From assembly GCA_001303185.1 (NCBI GenBank), contig LJNP01000003.1, forward strand, positions 1 through 43,505: a stretch of 43,505 nt of DNA, in the 5' to 3' direction. Positions within the stretch are counted from its first letter, which is position 1. Each line of letters begins with the position of its first letter. The notes under the pieces were generated by a model that searched no databases, had not been told where the DNA came from, and saw only the letters and a program-made list of their open reading frames with translations. Below are positions 1-9,575 of this stretch, piece after piece. Source of the stretch: Parcubacteria bacterium SG8_24 (GTDB taxonomy: Bacteria > Patescibacteriota > Patescibacteriia > SG8-24). Both the position numbers and the translations under genes were made by a program.

Positions 1-822
1 CACGCCGACGATTACGATCAGTCCGGCGAACAGGCCGACATCCAGGTGCTCGCCGCCGAACACCAGGAACAGGAAAATCGGCCAGATGACGAAACCGACC
101 TCGCCCTCGGCGCCGAGCGCCACCATGGACCAGGTCATATCCCGGTAATCACTCGAGAAAAGACGGCGGAAAGTCTCGAAAAAACCGAACTCGTAACGCA
201 CCCGGACCCGCGGCAGGAAGGCCAGGGGGATGAGCGACAGGAGTATCACCACGATGCCGACCAGGAAGGCCGCCCCGTAACCGTAGGAGGCGATCAGCAC
301 CCCTCCCAACATCGGCGCGCCGATGCCGATCAGCTGCTGGGCCGCATAGAATATGCCGATTTGCCGTCCCCTCTTGCCCTTCGTCGAGAATTCGGCGAAA
401 TCGACATGAAACGGCGCCCAGTAGAAACAGTTGAAGACGCCGAGGGAGACGACGATGATGCCCAGCATGAGCCAGGGATGGAAGTCGGGGCGGGTCGCCA
501 GGGAGAACGAGGTCACGTAGAAGACCACCCAACCGGCCGTGCCGACGACCATGCTCGGTATGAGCCCTATCCGCGAGAATATCCGGGCGGCCCAGACGAA
601 AAGCGGCAGGCGGATGAGACGCGATATCAGGAACCACAGGAGGACCTTGGACAGGCTCAATCCGAAGAACTCGTAAAGGAAGATGGGGAAGAATATCCAG
701 ATGAGGTTCGACGCAGCGAAACCCAAAAGACGGTTCGTCGCCAGCGAAGGCAGGGCTCCCAGATGCCTGACGTCGAACCGATGGGAGGGTGGTGTCTGTT
801 TCTGATGTCCGAAAAACCGCAT
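1..822 (-). CDS. MFS transporter, 5' part (runs off the window start; not in the ORF track)
   Basis: Manual translation from ATG 822: MRFFGHQKQ...LIWIFFPIFLYEFFGLSLSKVLLWFLISRLIRLPLFVWAARIFSRIGLIPSMVVG...KGKRGRQIGIFYAAQQLIGIGAPMLGGVLIASYGYGAAFLVGIVV. Many TM helices and an MFS motif-C-like G-x-x-x-G-A-P-x-L-G-G. Confidence 0.8.
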   Translation of the reverse strand, partial: MRFFGHQKQTPPSHRFDVRHLGALPSLATNRLLGFAASNLIWIFFPIFLYEFFGLSLSKVLLWFLISRLIRLPLFVWAARIFSRIGLIPSMVVGTAGWVVFYVTSFSLATRPDFHPWLMLGIIVVSLGVFNCFYWAPFHVDFAEFSTKGKRGRQIGIFYAAQQLIGIGAPMLGGVLIASYGYGAAFLVGIVVILLSLIPLAFLPRVRVRYEFGFFETFRRLFSSDYRDMTWSMVALGAEGEVGFVIWPIFLFLVFGGEHLDVGLFAGLIVIVGV

Positions 823-978
823 AGGGCCATTGTACAACCCTGGGGCCGACAACGGAACGTCCGGACCTTCGGGTCAGTAAAAAAGAAACCCCCCATGAAC
901 CTGGGAGGCAGAGACGATGTCGTCTTTTTCGCGGGCCGGTCGATGGCCTGTCGACGGCTCCGGATGATGCCGGTCCGG

Positions 979-1500
979 TCACCGCCTCTCGCGGTAGGCC
1001 AGGTCTTCCCGTAACGCCCGGACCAGCTCATGGAGCGTCGTCGCCCCGAGCAGGCCGGAAGGACACTCCATCGGCGCCTCGGTCGAGGCGAACCGACGTG
1101 GCGTGACGTACCGGACCAGGACGATATTGTCCTTGGTGTAGACCGCCTCGATCATGAACTTGCCGCCCCGGAACATGATGCAGGAGTCCTGTCTGGCGAC
1201 CAAGGGCATGAAACCCTTGACCTTGCTGTCCTCGACCGCCACCACCGACACGTGGCTGATGACGTTGACCTCAAGACCGATGAGCTCCGCGGGAGGCTCC
1301 TCTTCCGGAGGCGACAGGAGACGGTCGTTCAATATGAGGATATAGGCGATCAACGAAGCGGCGGCGATCACGATGATGGCCTTGCCGACCTTGATGCCCG
1401 GAGTATCCCGATGACCCTCCGGCTCCATCCGGTCCTTTTCCTTGACTTCCCGATGATTCCCGTTGCCCTCAGGCATGACGTCCTCCGATCCTGATATCAC
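979..1500 (-). CDS. hypothetical protein with one N-terminal TM helix (start may be ATG 1476)
   Basis: Hydrophobic segment AIIVIAAASLIAYILIL; upstream minus-strand TTGACA-N17-TATGGT promoter. Confidence 0.6.
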   Translation of the reverse strand: MISGSEDVMPEGNGNHREVKEKDRMEPEGHRDTPGIKVGKAIIVIAAASLIAYILILNDRLLSPPEEEPPAELIGLEVNVISHVSVVAVEDSKVKGFMPLVARQDSCIMFRGGKFMIEAVYTKDNIVLVRYVTPRRFASTEAPMECPSGLLGATTLHELVRALREDLAYRERR

Positions 1501-1661
1501 GACAGAAGATCACAATGAACATCCCGGCACCATAACTCACTGCCCGCGTCATGTCAAAGGTGTCGGCCCACCGCATGCCGACGGCCCGGCCACGACATTT
1601 CCCGGCCGCCCGATGTCATAAAAAAATCCGGCGCGCTGGACGCCGGAGTAAGGCATATATC

Positions 1662-2357
1662 TCAGGACACCAACACCAGCCATTCGCCGGTGCCGAGCTC
1701 CCGCTCCATCGGATCCTTCGTCGGATCCCGCTTCTCCCCCACAGGAATGCAGCCGGGCATGAGCTGCATCAGGGGAACCATCGCGTCCATCCTCTTCTGG
1801 TTGCCGCCGACGGCGAAACCGACGAAATAGAGCAGGGCGTGGCAGAGGTTCTTGGGCAAGGACTCGCAGAGACGGTAGCCGAAACCGGATTGCCGCAGAG
1901 CGGTCTGCAGGCTGTCCGTCAACGGACGGCACAAGGACCGGTCCAGCACCCCCCATAGGGCATCGCCGAGCGACGGGCGCTTCTGGCCCTTGATCAGGGG
2001 CTGCTTCAGCGGGCCCCACATCGTCACGTTATGCTTGGCCCACAACGCGTCGAACAGCATCCGCTCGAGCGCGTACCACAGGCCGTTCCTCTCCCGGTTA
2101 CCCGACTCACGTTCGGCATCGTCGATTGCCCGGGCGATGGAGATGAACCGCACCGCCTCGACACGACGGACGACCGCCAGGGCGATGGCCCGCTTCATCT
2201 CTACGGCATCGAATTCGTCTTCACTCTTGAGCGGATACGGCCCGTTGTCGGCCATCTTGATGAAAGGGTTGAGGTATTCAAATGCCCGGAACACCAGTGC
2301 CTGGTCGACCGCGTGCTTCTCGCAGAACTCTCGCAACTGCTCCCGATCGGTGTTCAT
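1662..2357 (-). CDS. hypothetical protein
   Basis: MNTDREQLREF...; GGAGGA SD before ATG 2357; TTGACA-N17-CATGTT upstream (2439-2467). Confidence 0.7.
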   Translation of the reverse strand: MNTDREQLREFCEKHAVDQALVFRAFEYLNPFIKMADNGPYPLKSEDEFDAVEMKRAIALAVVRRVEAVRFISIARAIDDAERESGNRERNGLWYALERMLFDALWAKHNVTMWGPLKQPLIKGQKRPSLGDALWGVLDRSLCRPLTDSLQTALRQSGFGYRLCESLPKNLCHALLYFVGFAVGGNQKRMDAMVPLMQLMPGCIPVGEKRDPTKDPMERELGTGEWLVLVS

Positions 2358-2519
2358 AGGATTATCCTCCGAAGGTTGTGATGATGGAATGAACCGCGCC
2401 ACCGGACGACTGTCTGAAGCCAGGCGGCGATACAAGTAAACATGGCATAATCGGCGCCTTTTGTCAATCCTCGGAGGAAAACTTCCGGGAGGTCCGCGGA
2501 ACAAAAAAAAGGCCGCGAT

Positions 2520-3272
2520 TCAATCCTCGATATCGCGGCCGGAGAGCACGTCCCAGACCATCCGGACGATCCGGCGGACCGCCGGATCCTCTGCCCCCCT
2601 GATGTCGGGCCGGCCACTGACAGACCATTCCAGGATGGTCTGACCCAAAGGATGGCCGTCCCACAGGAGGAAAAAGACGTCCCGACGCCGTACCAGGCCG
2701 GATCGGGTGGTGCCCCGAAGCGTAGCGACCTCCTCCGGCCGGTCGAACATCTGACGCAACGCCTCGACATCCATGCCCGGAAAAGGCGGGATGATGAGGC
2801 CGCGCTCGTTGAAGACCTCGTCCACCGCATGCTTCCTCCGGATGCCGACTTCACCGTTTCCGACCCGCAATCTTTCCCGGGTCCTCGGATGGACATGGCC
2901 GTTCCGGGCCATCAGGGCGTCGGTCTCGTCGATCAGACTCCTGACCTCATCCAGAGCCACTCCCCTCTGCCAGGCGACGAAGGAACCGCTCAGGTCCAGG
3001 AGATGCACGACCCAGGCATCCTCGAACCGGACCCCGTCCGGACGGCGGCTGACGATAATGTCATGACGCTTGCCGGAAGTGGCGCGGACGCACGGACTGC
3101 CGGCCGTCGGGTGACAGAGCCGTCGCTGGGCGACTCCCGGGATATCGGTACCGAACTTGATCACCAGATCGTAGAGGTTGGCCAATCCATCGCTGTCCAG
3201 GCCGGAGAGTGCCGGCGGAACGACGATCGGCGTGAAAGACAGGTTCTTCATAACCGGCCTCCCGGTCTCCAC
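2520..3272 (-). CDS. hypothetical protein (start 3272 GTG or 3251 ATG)
   Basis: 250-aa ORF with protein-like composition, unlike the overlapping shadow ORFs. Confidence 0.6.
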   Translation of the reverse strand: METGRPVMKNLSFTPIVVPPALSGLDSDGLANLYDLVIKFGTDIPGVAQRRLCHPTAGSPCVRATSGKRHDIIVSRRPDGVRFEDAWVVHLLDLSGSFVAWQRGVALDEVRSLIDETDALMARNGHVHPRTRERLRVGNGEVGIRRKHAVDEVFNERGLIIPPFPGMDVEALRQMFDRPEEVATLRGTTRSGLVRRRDVFFLLWDGHPLGQTILEWSVSGRPDIRGAEDPAVRRIVRMVWDVLSGRDIED

Positions 3273-3451
3273 TCCCTAAGTCATGGACCGGAGCGTCCTC
3301 ATGCAAAGATCCGTGACCACCTTATCATCTCCGACCGCCCTGTCCAATGGAAAATCCCGGGCAGTAATGACGCCGGAATGAAAAAGACACCTCGATCTGC
3401 GAGGTGTCTGGTGGACCAGGGATCGCCTGCCCAGTCAACCGGCGCGGTCGG

Positions 3452-4531
3452 TCAGGAACCCTCCTCCGTGACATCCGGATCTTTTGTCTCCGGATTCGCG
3501 GTACCGTTCTGCTTGGCGGCGCCGTTCACCTTACCGTTCCTGGACTTGACCGCTTCCGACGGGCTCTCCTTCCGGGTCTCGGGAGGCTTCTCCTCGATGA
3601 TGCGCCGATGCAGAGCGATGCATCCCTCGATGATCCGCCCCACTTCCTCCGGAGGCAGCTTGCTGCCGAGCTCACGCGGCGAACCGCCATGGTTCTTGCC
3701 GCCGCCCCAACCCTTAGTCAGGTCATCGATGCCTTCAGCCTCATTGAGGGCCAGGCAGATCAGCTTCACCGGGAAAGGGATGAACGAGGAGAGCCGGCCC
3801 AGGGCATAGTGATACCTGTCGCCTTCGGAGGCCCGCAGCTCGACATAGGCAGTGATGCCCTTGCTGGCCATGCCGAACCTGGCGTGGATACCGACGCTCC
3901 GTACCAAGGCCCAGTCCTGATAGGATCCCAGGACCTCGAAACGGGTATCGAGCTGCAGCTCCTTACCGCGCCCGAACAGGGTGCTGCGGACCCGACGGTG
4001 CATCTCCTCCACCAAGGCCTTCATGTTCCTGGCATCCATGGCTGTGAGCTCCCCGTTATGCCGGGCCTCGGTATAAGGCTCGCTGATCCAGGCCAGTTGT
4101 CTGATCAGCTGGCTGTCGCTCTTGTCGGCAGGGAAAAGCCCGGCCGACATGTCGAGGTGGTCCTCGAGACGCACCAGCTCGCGCAGGCGGGCCCGGGGGA
4201 CGTGATCCGGATACGACAGGACGTAAGTGGCCAGCACCACGTCCTGATCGCAATCGTTGAGATACAACGTCGCCTTAGGCTTGCCGTTCCTGGTCTGGAA
4301 CGTCTTATACAGCCCCAGCTTGACCAGACACAGGGCCTGTTCACAGCTGGAACGGGTCGCCATGGAGTCGACATCCTCATGATGGTTGATGTTGAGAATC
4401 AACCCATCAGGCGTCGAACGAGGCGCCCCCTTACAATAACCGTCGACAGCGATGCTGAACGGGGGATACTCGCTGCTGAAAGCGTCCCATTCCACCACCG
4501 TCCTCGGCTCGAAGATCATCTTCACTGTCAT
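3452..4531 (-). CDS. DHH-phosphoesterase-like hypothetical protein
   Basis: Motifs AVDG, NINHHE, NDCDQD, LEDHLD and C-terminal WGGGKNHGGS (DHHA1-like GGG); GGGAGGT SD; TTGACG-N17-TAAATT promoter. Confidence 0.55.
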   Translation of the reverse strand: MTVKMIFEPRTVVEWDAFSSEYPPFSIAVDGYCKGAPRSTPDGLILNINHHEDVDSMATRSSCEQALCLVKLGLYKTFQTRNGKPKATLYLNDCDQDVVLATYVLSYPDHVPRARLRELVRLEDHLDMSAGLFPADKSDSQLIRQLAWISEPYTEARHNGELTAMDARNMKALVEEMHRRVRSTLFGRGKELQLDTRFEVLGSYQDWALVRSVGIHARFGMASKGITAYVELRASEGDRYHYALGRLSSFIPFPVKLICLALNEAEGIDDLTKGWGGGKNHGGSPRELGSKLPPEEVGRIIEGCIALHRRIIEEKPPETRKESPSEAVKSRNGKVNGAAKQNGTANPETKDPDVTEEGS

Positions 4532-4744
4532 GTCTGTACCTCCCGCGACGGTCGGCGATCTCCCTGGATTCTAAAGGACTCCGGAGGCAATTTATCGCGG
4601 CGGTCTGGGGGCGTCAAGGAGGCCGGGGAGGACTCCGGCGACACGCCGACCTGACCAGGGACCGAGGCCGGCGTGGCTCCACTTGAAGTTAAAGCGGAGC
4701 CGATGCTATACTTGACGCGAAATCCGCTTAACCTGGGTCAGGGT

Positions 4745-5194
4745 ATGGCGATCCATATTCCGTTACTCAACAAAAGCGGTGAGGAGGACGTGGTCCTTTT
4801 CCCTCAAGCCGAAAAGAGATCGGCGAGCGGGAGCGGGACGACCGAGGCCGAACCGTGGCTTGAAGGTCAGGACGAAGGACAACTGGCCGTCGATGTCTTT
4901 GAGACCGAGGGGGAGATCGTGGTGAAATCGGCTATCGCCGGCGTCAAGGAAGAGGATCTGGAGGTGTTCCTGCACAATGACATGCTGACGATCCGCGGCC
5001 AGCGGACCCATGACAGCGAGCCGAGCGCGCGCTATGCGGTGCGCGAATGCCACTGGGGGCCCTTCTCCCGCTCGCTGATCCTGCCCAAAGAGATAGACGC
5101 CGACCGCATTGCGGCCACGCTCAAGAACGGGATCATGACGGTGCGCCTGCCGAAAATCGAGCGATCCAAGAAGATCTTCGTCAAGAAGCTGTGA
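4745..5194 (+). CDS. small heat-shock protein, Hsp20/alpha-crystallin family
   Basis: LAVDVFET..IVVKSAIAGV..EDLEV..DMLTIRGQR..ECHWGPFSRSLILP..IAATLKNGIMTVRLPK. Confidence 0.93.
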   Translation: MAIHIPLLNKSGEEDVVLFPQAEKRSASGSGTTEAEPWLEGQDEGQLAVDVFETEGEIVVKSAIAGVKEEDLEVFLHNDMLTIRGQRTHDSEPSARYAVRECHWGPFSRSLILPKEIDADRIAATLKNGIMTVRLPKIERSKKIFVKKL

Positions 5195-5254
5195 CGGCCC
5201 GTCCGGTGACGACGGATGACGGGCCGGGTCAGCGGACATACTGCCTCAATCTAC

Positions 5255-7222
5255 ATGAAGACGAACCGCGCCGGATCGGCCGACCTGTTACGGGCCCGCG
5301 GGGTCCGGAAGGCCGGCCGCGGTAAGAACATCAGACAAAGGGTCAGGTCACCCTTTCCGGTTCGGGGGGTGGCTGTTTTTCTGTTCATCCTGACCGCAGT
5401 CCTGATCGGCACCTTCGGACTTTTCGCCCGCCCTGGCGGATCCGGCATCGTCGAGGGGGTCTATGTCGGTCCGGTCTATGTCGGCGGCATGACCATCGAA
5501 GAGGCACGCGAGGCTATCCGGACCCACGTTGACGGGTTCTCCTTGACCTTCACTTCGCCGCTGGGTGGGGCGTCCGTCCTGCCCCCGAGAGGTGGTCAGG
5601 TACGCCCGCTGCTCTCCTTCGAGACGGAATCGGCCCTCGATCAGGCCTTCGGCATCGGACGCCATTCCAATATCCTGATGGCCGCGGCCTCCCGTCTCGG
5701 CGCCTCGATGTTCGGGAAACGTATCGCCCTGCCGCACTCCCTCGATGAGGAGCTGCTGGATACCCTGTTGCACCGGGAGATGAGCGACCTGATACGGCCG
5801 ACGCGCGAGGCCGGCCTCCGTATCGTGGTCGACGAAGATGGGAATTATCATATCGAGGTCGTACCGGAGCGGGCCGGCACGGAGATCGATGTCGACCGAC
5901 TGATCAGATTGGCCCGTCAGCGGGTCGAAACGGTATCGTCTGAACCGATTGAGGTCGAGATATCCGAACACGATCCGAGCATCCATGTCTCGGATGTCGA
6001 GCCGCTCGTATCGGAGGCCGGGCCGATCCTGGAAAGACTGCCGTTGGACGTGTCGGTCCAGGGTGAATCATGGACGATCTCCCGTCAGACCGTCGCCTCC
6101 TGGCTGATCACCTCGCTCCAAGGGGATGCCGGAGACGACGGGGTGGTCCTGACGCTGGATCGGGACAAGATGCGCAAATACCTCGAGTCGCGTGGCACCT
6201 CAATCCATACCGAAGCCAGCGACGCCGTCTTCCGGCTGGAGGACGGACGGGTCGCCGAATTCATCCCCAGCACCGAAGGCCGAAGCCTAGATCTGGAGGC
6301 ATCGATCGAGCTGCTAACACGGCTCATACTGGAGGGTAGCGAAACGGGCGGAGAAGTGGCCGTCCTGCCGATCACCACGGTCAGTCCGAAAACAGACACG
6401 GCCACCTCAAACCCGTTCGGGATACGGGAGATCATCGGGGTCGGCGAGACCAATTTCCGCGGCAGCCCCAGCAACCGAAGACATAATATTGCCGTAGGCG
6501 CAGCTACGCTCAACAATATCCTCATACCGCCCGGTGAAGAATTCTCCCTGATCGGCGCCTTGGGCGAAATCGACGCCGCGCACGGTTACCTGCCGGAACT
6601 GGTCATCAAGGAGACGGAGACCATACCGGAATACGGCGGGGGGCTCTGTCAGATCGGCTCGACCGCGTTCCGTGTCGCCCTGGACAGCGGACTCCCCATA
6701 ACCGAGCGCCGCAACCACTCCTACCGCGTCCCCTACTATGAACGCGACGGGGACGGCAATTACATCGGGCCGGGCATCGACGCCACCATCTATGATCCGG
6801 CGCCCGACTTCAAGTTCATCAACGACACCCCGGCCCATATCCTGATCCGGACGGCCATCGACGGCAACCGCCTGACCTTCACCTTCTGGGGCACGGATGA
6901 CGGCCGGACCGTGGAGATGTCCGACGTCAAGGTCTGGAACTACCAGCCGCCACCAGAGACCAAATACGTCAAGACCACGGAACTGCCGATCGGCGAAGAA
7001 AAATGCACCGAGAGTGCCCACGCCGGCAGCAATACGGCCTTCACCTATACGGTCACTTACGCCGACGACGAGAAGAAAGAGACGGAATTCGTCAGTTATT
7101 ACCGACCCTGGCAGGCCATCTGCATGGTCGGAGTCGATCCCAGCGAACTGGAAAAAGAAGAGGCCGGCGAAATCAACCCGGAGATGACCGATGTCGACAC
7201 GGCCGGAGTCACCGGTGACTGA
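5255..7222 (+). CDS. VanW family protein with N-terminal TM anchor and PG-binding-4-like repeats (start uncertain)
   Basis: NRRHNI...IPPGEEFS...YGGGLCQIGSTAFRVAL.SGLPITERRNHSYRVPYY...GIDATIY..PDFKFINDT. Confidence 0.9.
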   Translation: MKTNRAGSADLLRARGVRKAGRGKNIRQRVRSPFPVRGVAVFLFILTAVLIGTFGLFARPGGSGIVEGVYVGPVYVGGMTIEEAREAIRTHVDGFSLTFTSPLGGASVLPPRGGQVRPLLSFETESALDQAFGIGRHSNILMAAASRLGASMFGKRIALPHSLDEELLDTLLHREMSDLIRPTREAGLRIVVDEDGNYHIEVVPERAGTEIDVDRLIRLARQRVETVSSEPIEVEISEHDPSIHVSDVEPLVSEAGPILERLPLDVSVQGESWTISRQTVASWLITSLQGDAGDDGVVLTLDRDKMRKYLESRGTSIHTEASDAVFRLEDGRVAEFIPSTEGRSLDLEASIELLTRLILEGSETGGEVAVLPITTVSPKTDTATSNPFGIREIIGVGETNFRGSPSNRRHNIAVGAATLNNILIPPGEEFSLIGALGEIDAAHGYLPELVIKETETIPEYGGGLCQIGSTAFRVALDSGLPITERRNHSYRVPYYERDGDGNYIGPGIDATIYDPAPDFKFINDTPAHILIRTAIDGNRLTFTFWGTDDGRTVEMSDVKVWNYQPPPETKYVKTTELPIGEEKCTESAHAGSNTAFTYTVTYADDEKKETEFVSYYRPWQAICMVGVDPSELEKEEAGEINPEMTDVDTAGVTGD

Positions 7223-7251
7223 ACCCGGGTGACCTGAACACGAAACTTCAC

Positions 7252-7278
7252 GAAGACCGGTCACGGGCCGGTCTTTTC
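7252..7278 (+). terminator. intrinsic terminator after the vanW-like gene
   Basis: GAAGACCGGTC-ACG-GGCCGGTCTTTTC hairpin with U-tract. Confidence 0.65.
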
Positions 7279-7302
7279 GGGTGCCGGACGGTCGGGCGAT
7301 CA

Positions 7303-7484
7303 GTCACCCCATCGGTCCGGACCTTACGTAAATGAAAAACCCCAGGGATTCGCGCTCAAGAAGATCATCCCAAGGAATATTCGAGCCGGAGCCCGAAGCA
7401 CCCTTCGAATAACCCCCATGCTTGTCGTGAGCGCGAATCTCCGGGGTCTTGTGTCCACCCCCGGCACGGGCAGTCCGAGGTGAC
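7303..7484 (-). ncRNA. candidate 6S RNA (182-nt rod with central bubble)
   Basis: End-to-end pairing GUCACCUC/GGGGUGAC, AAGACCCCGG/CUGGGGUUUU, GAUUCGCGCUCA/UGAGCGCGAAUC, UAUUCGA/UCGAAUA; cUUCGg apical loop; promoter immediately upstream. Confidence 0.6.
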
Positions 7485-7489
7485 ATCAA

Positions 7490-7518
7490 ACTTTACCATG
7501 AGCCCCGAAACATGTCAA
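7490..7518 (-). promoter_or_regulatory. sigma70 promoter driving the 6S-like RNA
   Basis: TTGACA-N17-TAAAGT with extended -10 TG. Confidence 0.7.
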
Positions 7519-7681
7519 GGTATCGGCCCTGCCGGCACCGTTTCGCCAAAAATGAGCCTAAAACGGGTTCCGTTGGCCTCCGATAAGCCGGCCGCGACCC
7601 TTGACATCCGGCCTCGGTTATGTCATCATGACGCGTTGGTCGTTCCTTGGAATAACCGGATAAAAGAAAAGAGGAGGAATC

Positions 7682-7942
7682 ATGAAAACCGGTAAATTGT
7701 TGGACAGGAAATGCGATAACTCGCGGCGCGAATGCCCGCACGGTCGTGGCGGATCATGTGACTGCTGCCACGAGAACGCGGGGGCCGACCTGGGTCTCTG
7801 CATCCACGGCCTGGCGGATGACGTCGTCTGCCTCAGCTGCCTGTCGAAGGGCTGCGTCGGCGGCGGCGAGTGCAGCTGCGACACGGCGTCATCGGAAGAG
7901 ACCCGGAGACGGGTAGCGCTCTTCTGCCGCTCCTTCTCCTAG
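7682..7942 (+). CDS. small Cys-rich protein (86 aa, 12 Cys, 3 His), putative metal-binding
   Basis: GAGGAGG SD; TTGACA (7601)-N17-CATCAT promoter; CDCC, CLSC and CSC clusters. Confidence 0.65.
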   Translation: MKTGKLLDRKCDNSRRECPHGRGGSCDCCHENAGADLGLCIHGLADDVVCLSCLSKGCVGGGECSCDTASSEETRRRVALFCRSFS

Positions 7943-8184
7943 CCGCCCGGGTGTCCGGCCCGCCTGAGGTGCCCTCGTGCTCACCGCGAGGGCCCTTGCC
8001 CGAGACCTTCTCACTGAGGAGATCTCAGGCGAGAGGATGAAGTACCTTCAAGAATGATGACGGCATCGGTGGGTTCCTGACGGGACGGCCTGGGCGCCCC
8101 GACGGCGCGAGACCGACCCGGTCCCACCGACAACTGATGGAATCTCGAGTGCCCCGCCTGTTTCCTATTCCAAGGAGCTGTGAC

Positions 8185-8682
8185 ATGAATCCGACAGGAA
8201 GAAGGCCGGTGACCTTGCCGGTCCAGACGAACGAAGGAGTGTTCTGCCAGGGTATCCGCAAGGCGCCCGCGGACTCCGACCGGGAAGAAGGCCGGAGAAG
8301 ACGCGGTTCCAAGAGGGAGATCCGGATCCGCTTCGAAGAGGGCGGATTCATCCATCGGGGTCTCTTCGCCCATATCCTCCATATCATGGAGGATCGGGAG
8401 GTCGGATACTCCGAGCTTTTCGAGCGGGGTCCCGTGAGCATCGAGGCCAGCCGGACGGAAGGCGGCATCACGATGGAAGTGGCGATCGAGATCACTGCGG
8501 AAGGCGATCAGTCGCCCCGGACGGTCAGGCCCTACCTGGATGAGGTGTCCGTCGCCGAAATCGAGAAACGGGTCACCCAGATCGATGCCCTGCTCTTCGA
8601 CTATCGGCTTGACGCTGACGACGAAGCCGTCCGGACATCCGTCACATCGGGCAGTTCGACGGCGGCGACCGTCGCCCGTTGA
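8185..8682 (+). CDS. hypothetical protein
   Basis: AAGGAG SD before ATG 8185 (in frame with ORF 8137); followed by a terminator. Confidence 0.6.
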   Translation: MNPTGRRPVTLPVQTNEGVFCQGIRKAPADSDREEGRRRRGSKREIRIRFEEGGFIHRGLFAHILHIMEDREVGYSELFERGPVSIEASRTEGGITMEVAIEITAEGDQSPRTVRPYLDEVSVAEIEKRVTQIDALLFDYRLDADDEAVRTSVTSGSSTAATVAR

Positions 8683-8706
8683 ATCCCCTTTCCTTTGAAG
8701 CCGATT

Positions 8707-8737
8707 CCCGCGCCCCGCAGGCGCGGGTATTTCTTTT
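8707..8737 (+). terminator. intrinsic terminator
   Basis: CCCGCGCC-CCGCA-GGCGCGGG followed by TATTTCTTTT. Confidence 0.7.
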
Positions 8738-8841
8738 CCCCTGATGACTATGGGGGGCGGCGGCTGGGCGGCCCGGTAGACCTAAAGGACGGTCCTCCGA
8801 CGGACCGTCCTCATCCGGTCACTGCCTGAAAGGAATCGTCT

Positions 8842-9450
8842 TCAGGTGATGACCTTGTCGATCAGGCCGTATTTGATCGCCTCCTCGGCGCTCATGAAAT
8901 AATCGCGGTCCGAGTCCTTCTCCACCTTCTCGAACTTCTGGCCGGTGCGGTCGGCCAGGATACGATTGAGGGCGTCCTTCATCTTAAGTATCCGCTCAGC
9001 CCTGATCTTGATGTCGGTGGCCTGGCCTTCGGCTCCGCCCATCACCTGGTGGATCATCACTTCGGCACTCGGTAGAGCGAACCTCTTGCCCTTGGCGCCG
9101 GAGGCCAGCAGCACCGCACCCATCGAGGCGGCCATGCCCACGCAGATGGTCGCCACATCGGGTTTGATGTGGTTCATCGTGTCGAATATCGCCAGGCCAG
9201 CCGTAACCGAACCTCCGGGACTGTTGATGTAAAGCTTGATGTCCTTGGTCTTGTCCTGACTCTCCAGGAAAAGCAGCTGGGCGATGATGATATTGGCCAT
9301 CGGCTCGGTGATGACATCGCCCAAGAAGACGATACGGTCCTTGAGAAGCCGAGAATATATGTCGTAAGCCCGTTCGCCGTAAGCGGACTTCTCGATGACC
9401 GTGGGTATCAGATAAGAGCTGAGTGAATTAACGGAATAGGGATTGGTCAT
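8842..9450 (-). CDS. clpP: ATP-dependent Clp protease proteolytic subunit
   Basis: [39 protein letters not shown] (catalytic Ser), VMIHQ (His), DRDYFMSA (Asp). Confidence 0.98.
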   Translation of the reverse strand: MTNPYSVNSLSSYLIPTVIEKSAYGERAYDIYSRLLKDRIVFLGDVITEPMANIIIAQLLFLESQDKTKDIKLYINSPGGSVTAGLAIFDTMNHIKPDVATICVGMAASMGAVLLASGAKGKRFALPSAEVMIHQVMGGAEGQATDIKIRAERILKMKDALNRILADRTGQKFEKVEKDSDRDYFMSAEEAIKYGLIDKVIT

Positions 9451-9575
9451 AGTTTCGTGATCATCTCTATCCGAGTATAGCGCCGTTGCGACACCATGTA
9501 AACGACCGCCTTGACCGCCCCGGACCGCTGGGCTAGGGTGAGACGAAGCACCTTAAACCCGTCAAGGAGGCCGAG

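Noticed and set aside
46-1014. Long ORFs 46-1014 (+) and 149-982 (-)
   Set aside because: Shadow frames of the MFS gene, whose true minus-strand frame has no stop inside the window and so is missing from the track.
7304-7489. 61-aa minus-strand ORF
   Set aside because: It coincides with a near-fully paired RNA rod and has no SD; ncRNA is the better explanation.
8014-8046. CTGAGGA...GAAG resembling a hammerhead ribozyme core
   Set aside because: No GAAA after stem II and no compatible stems I and III.
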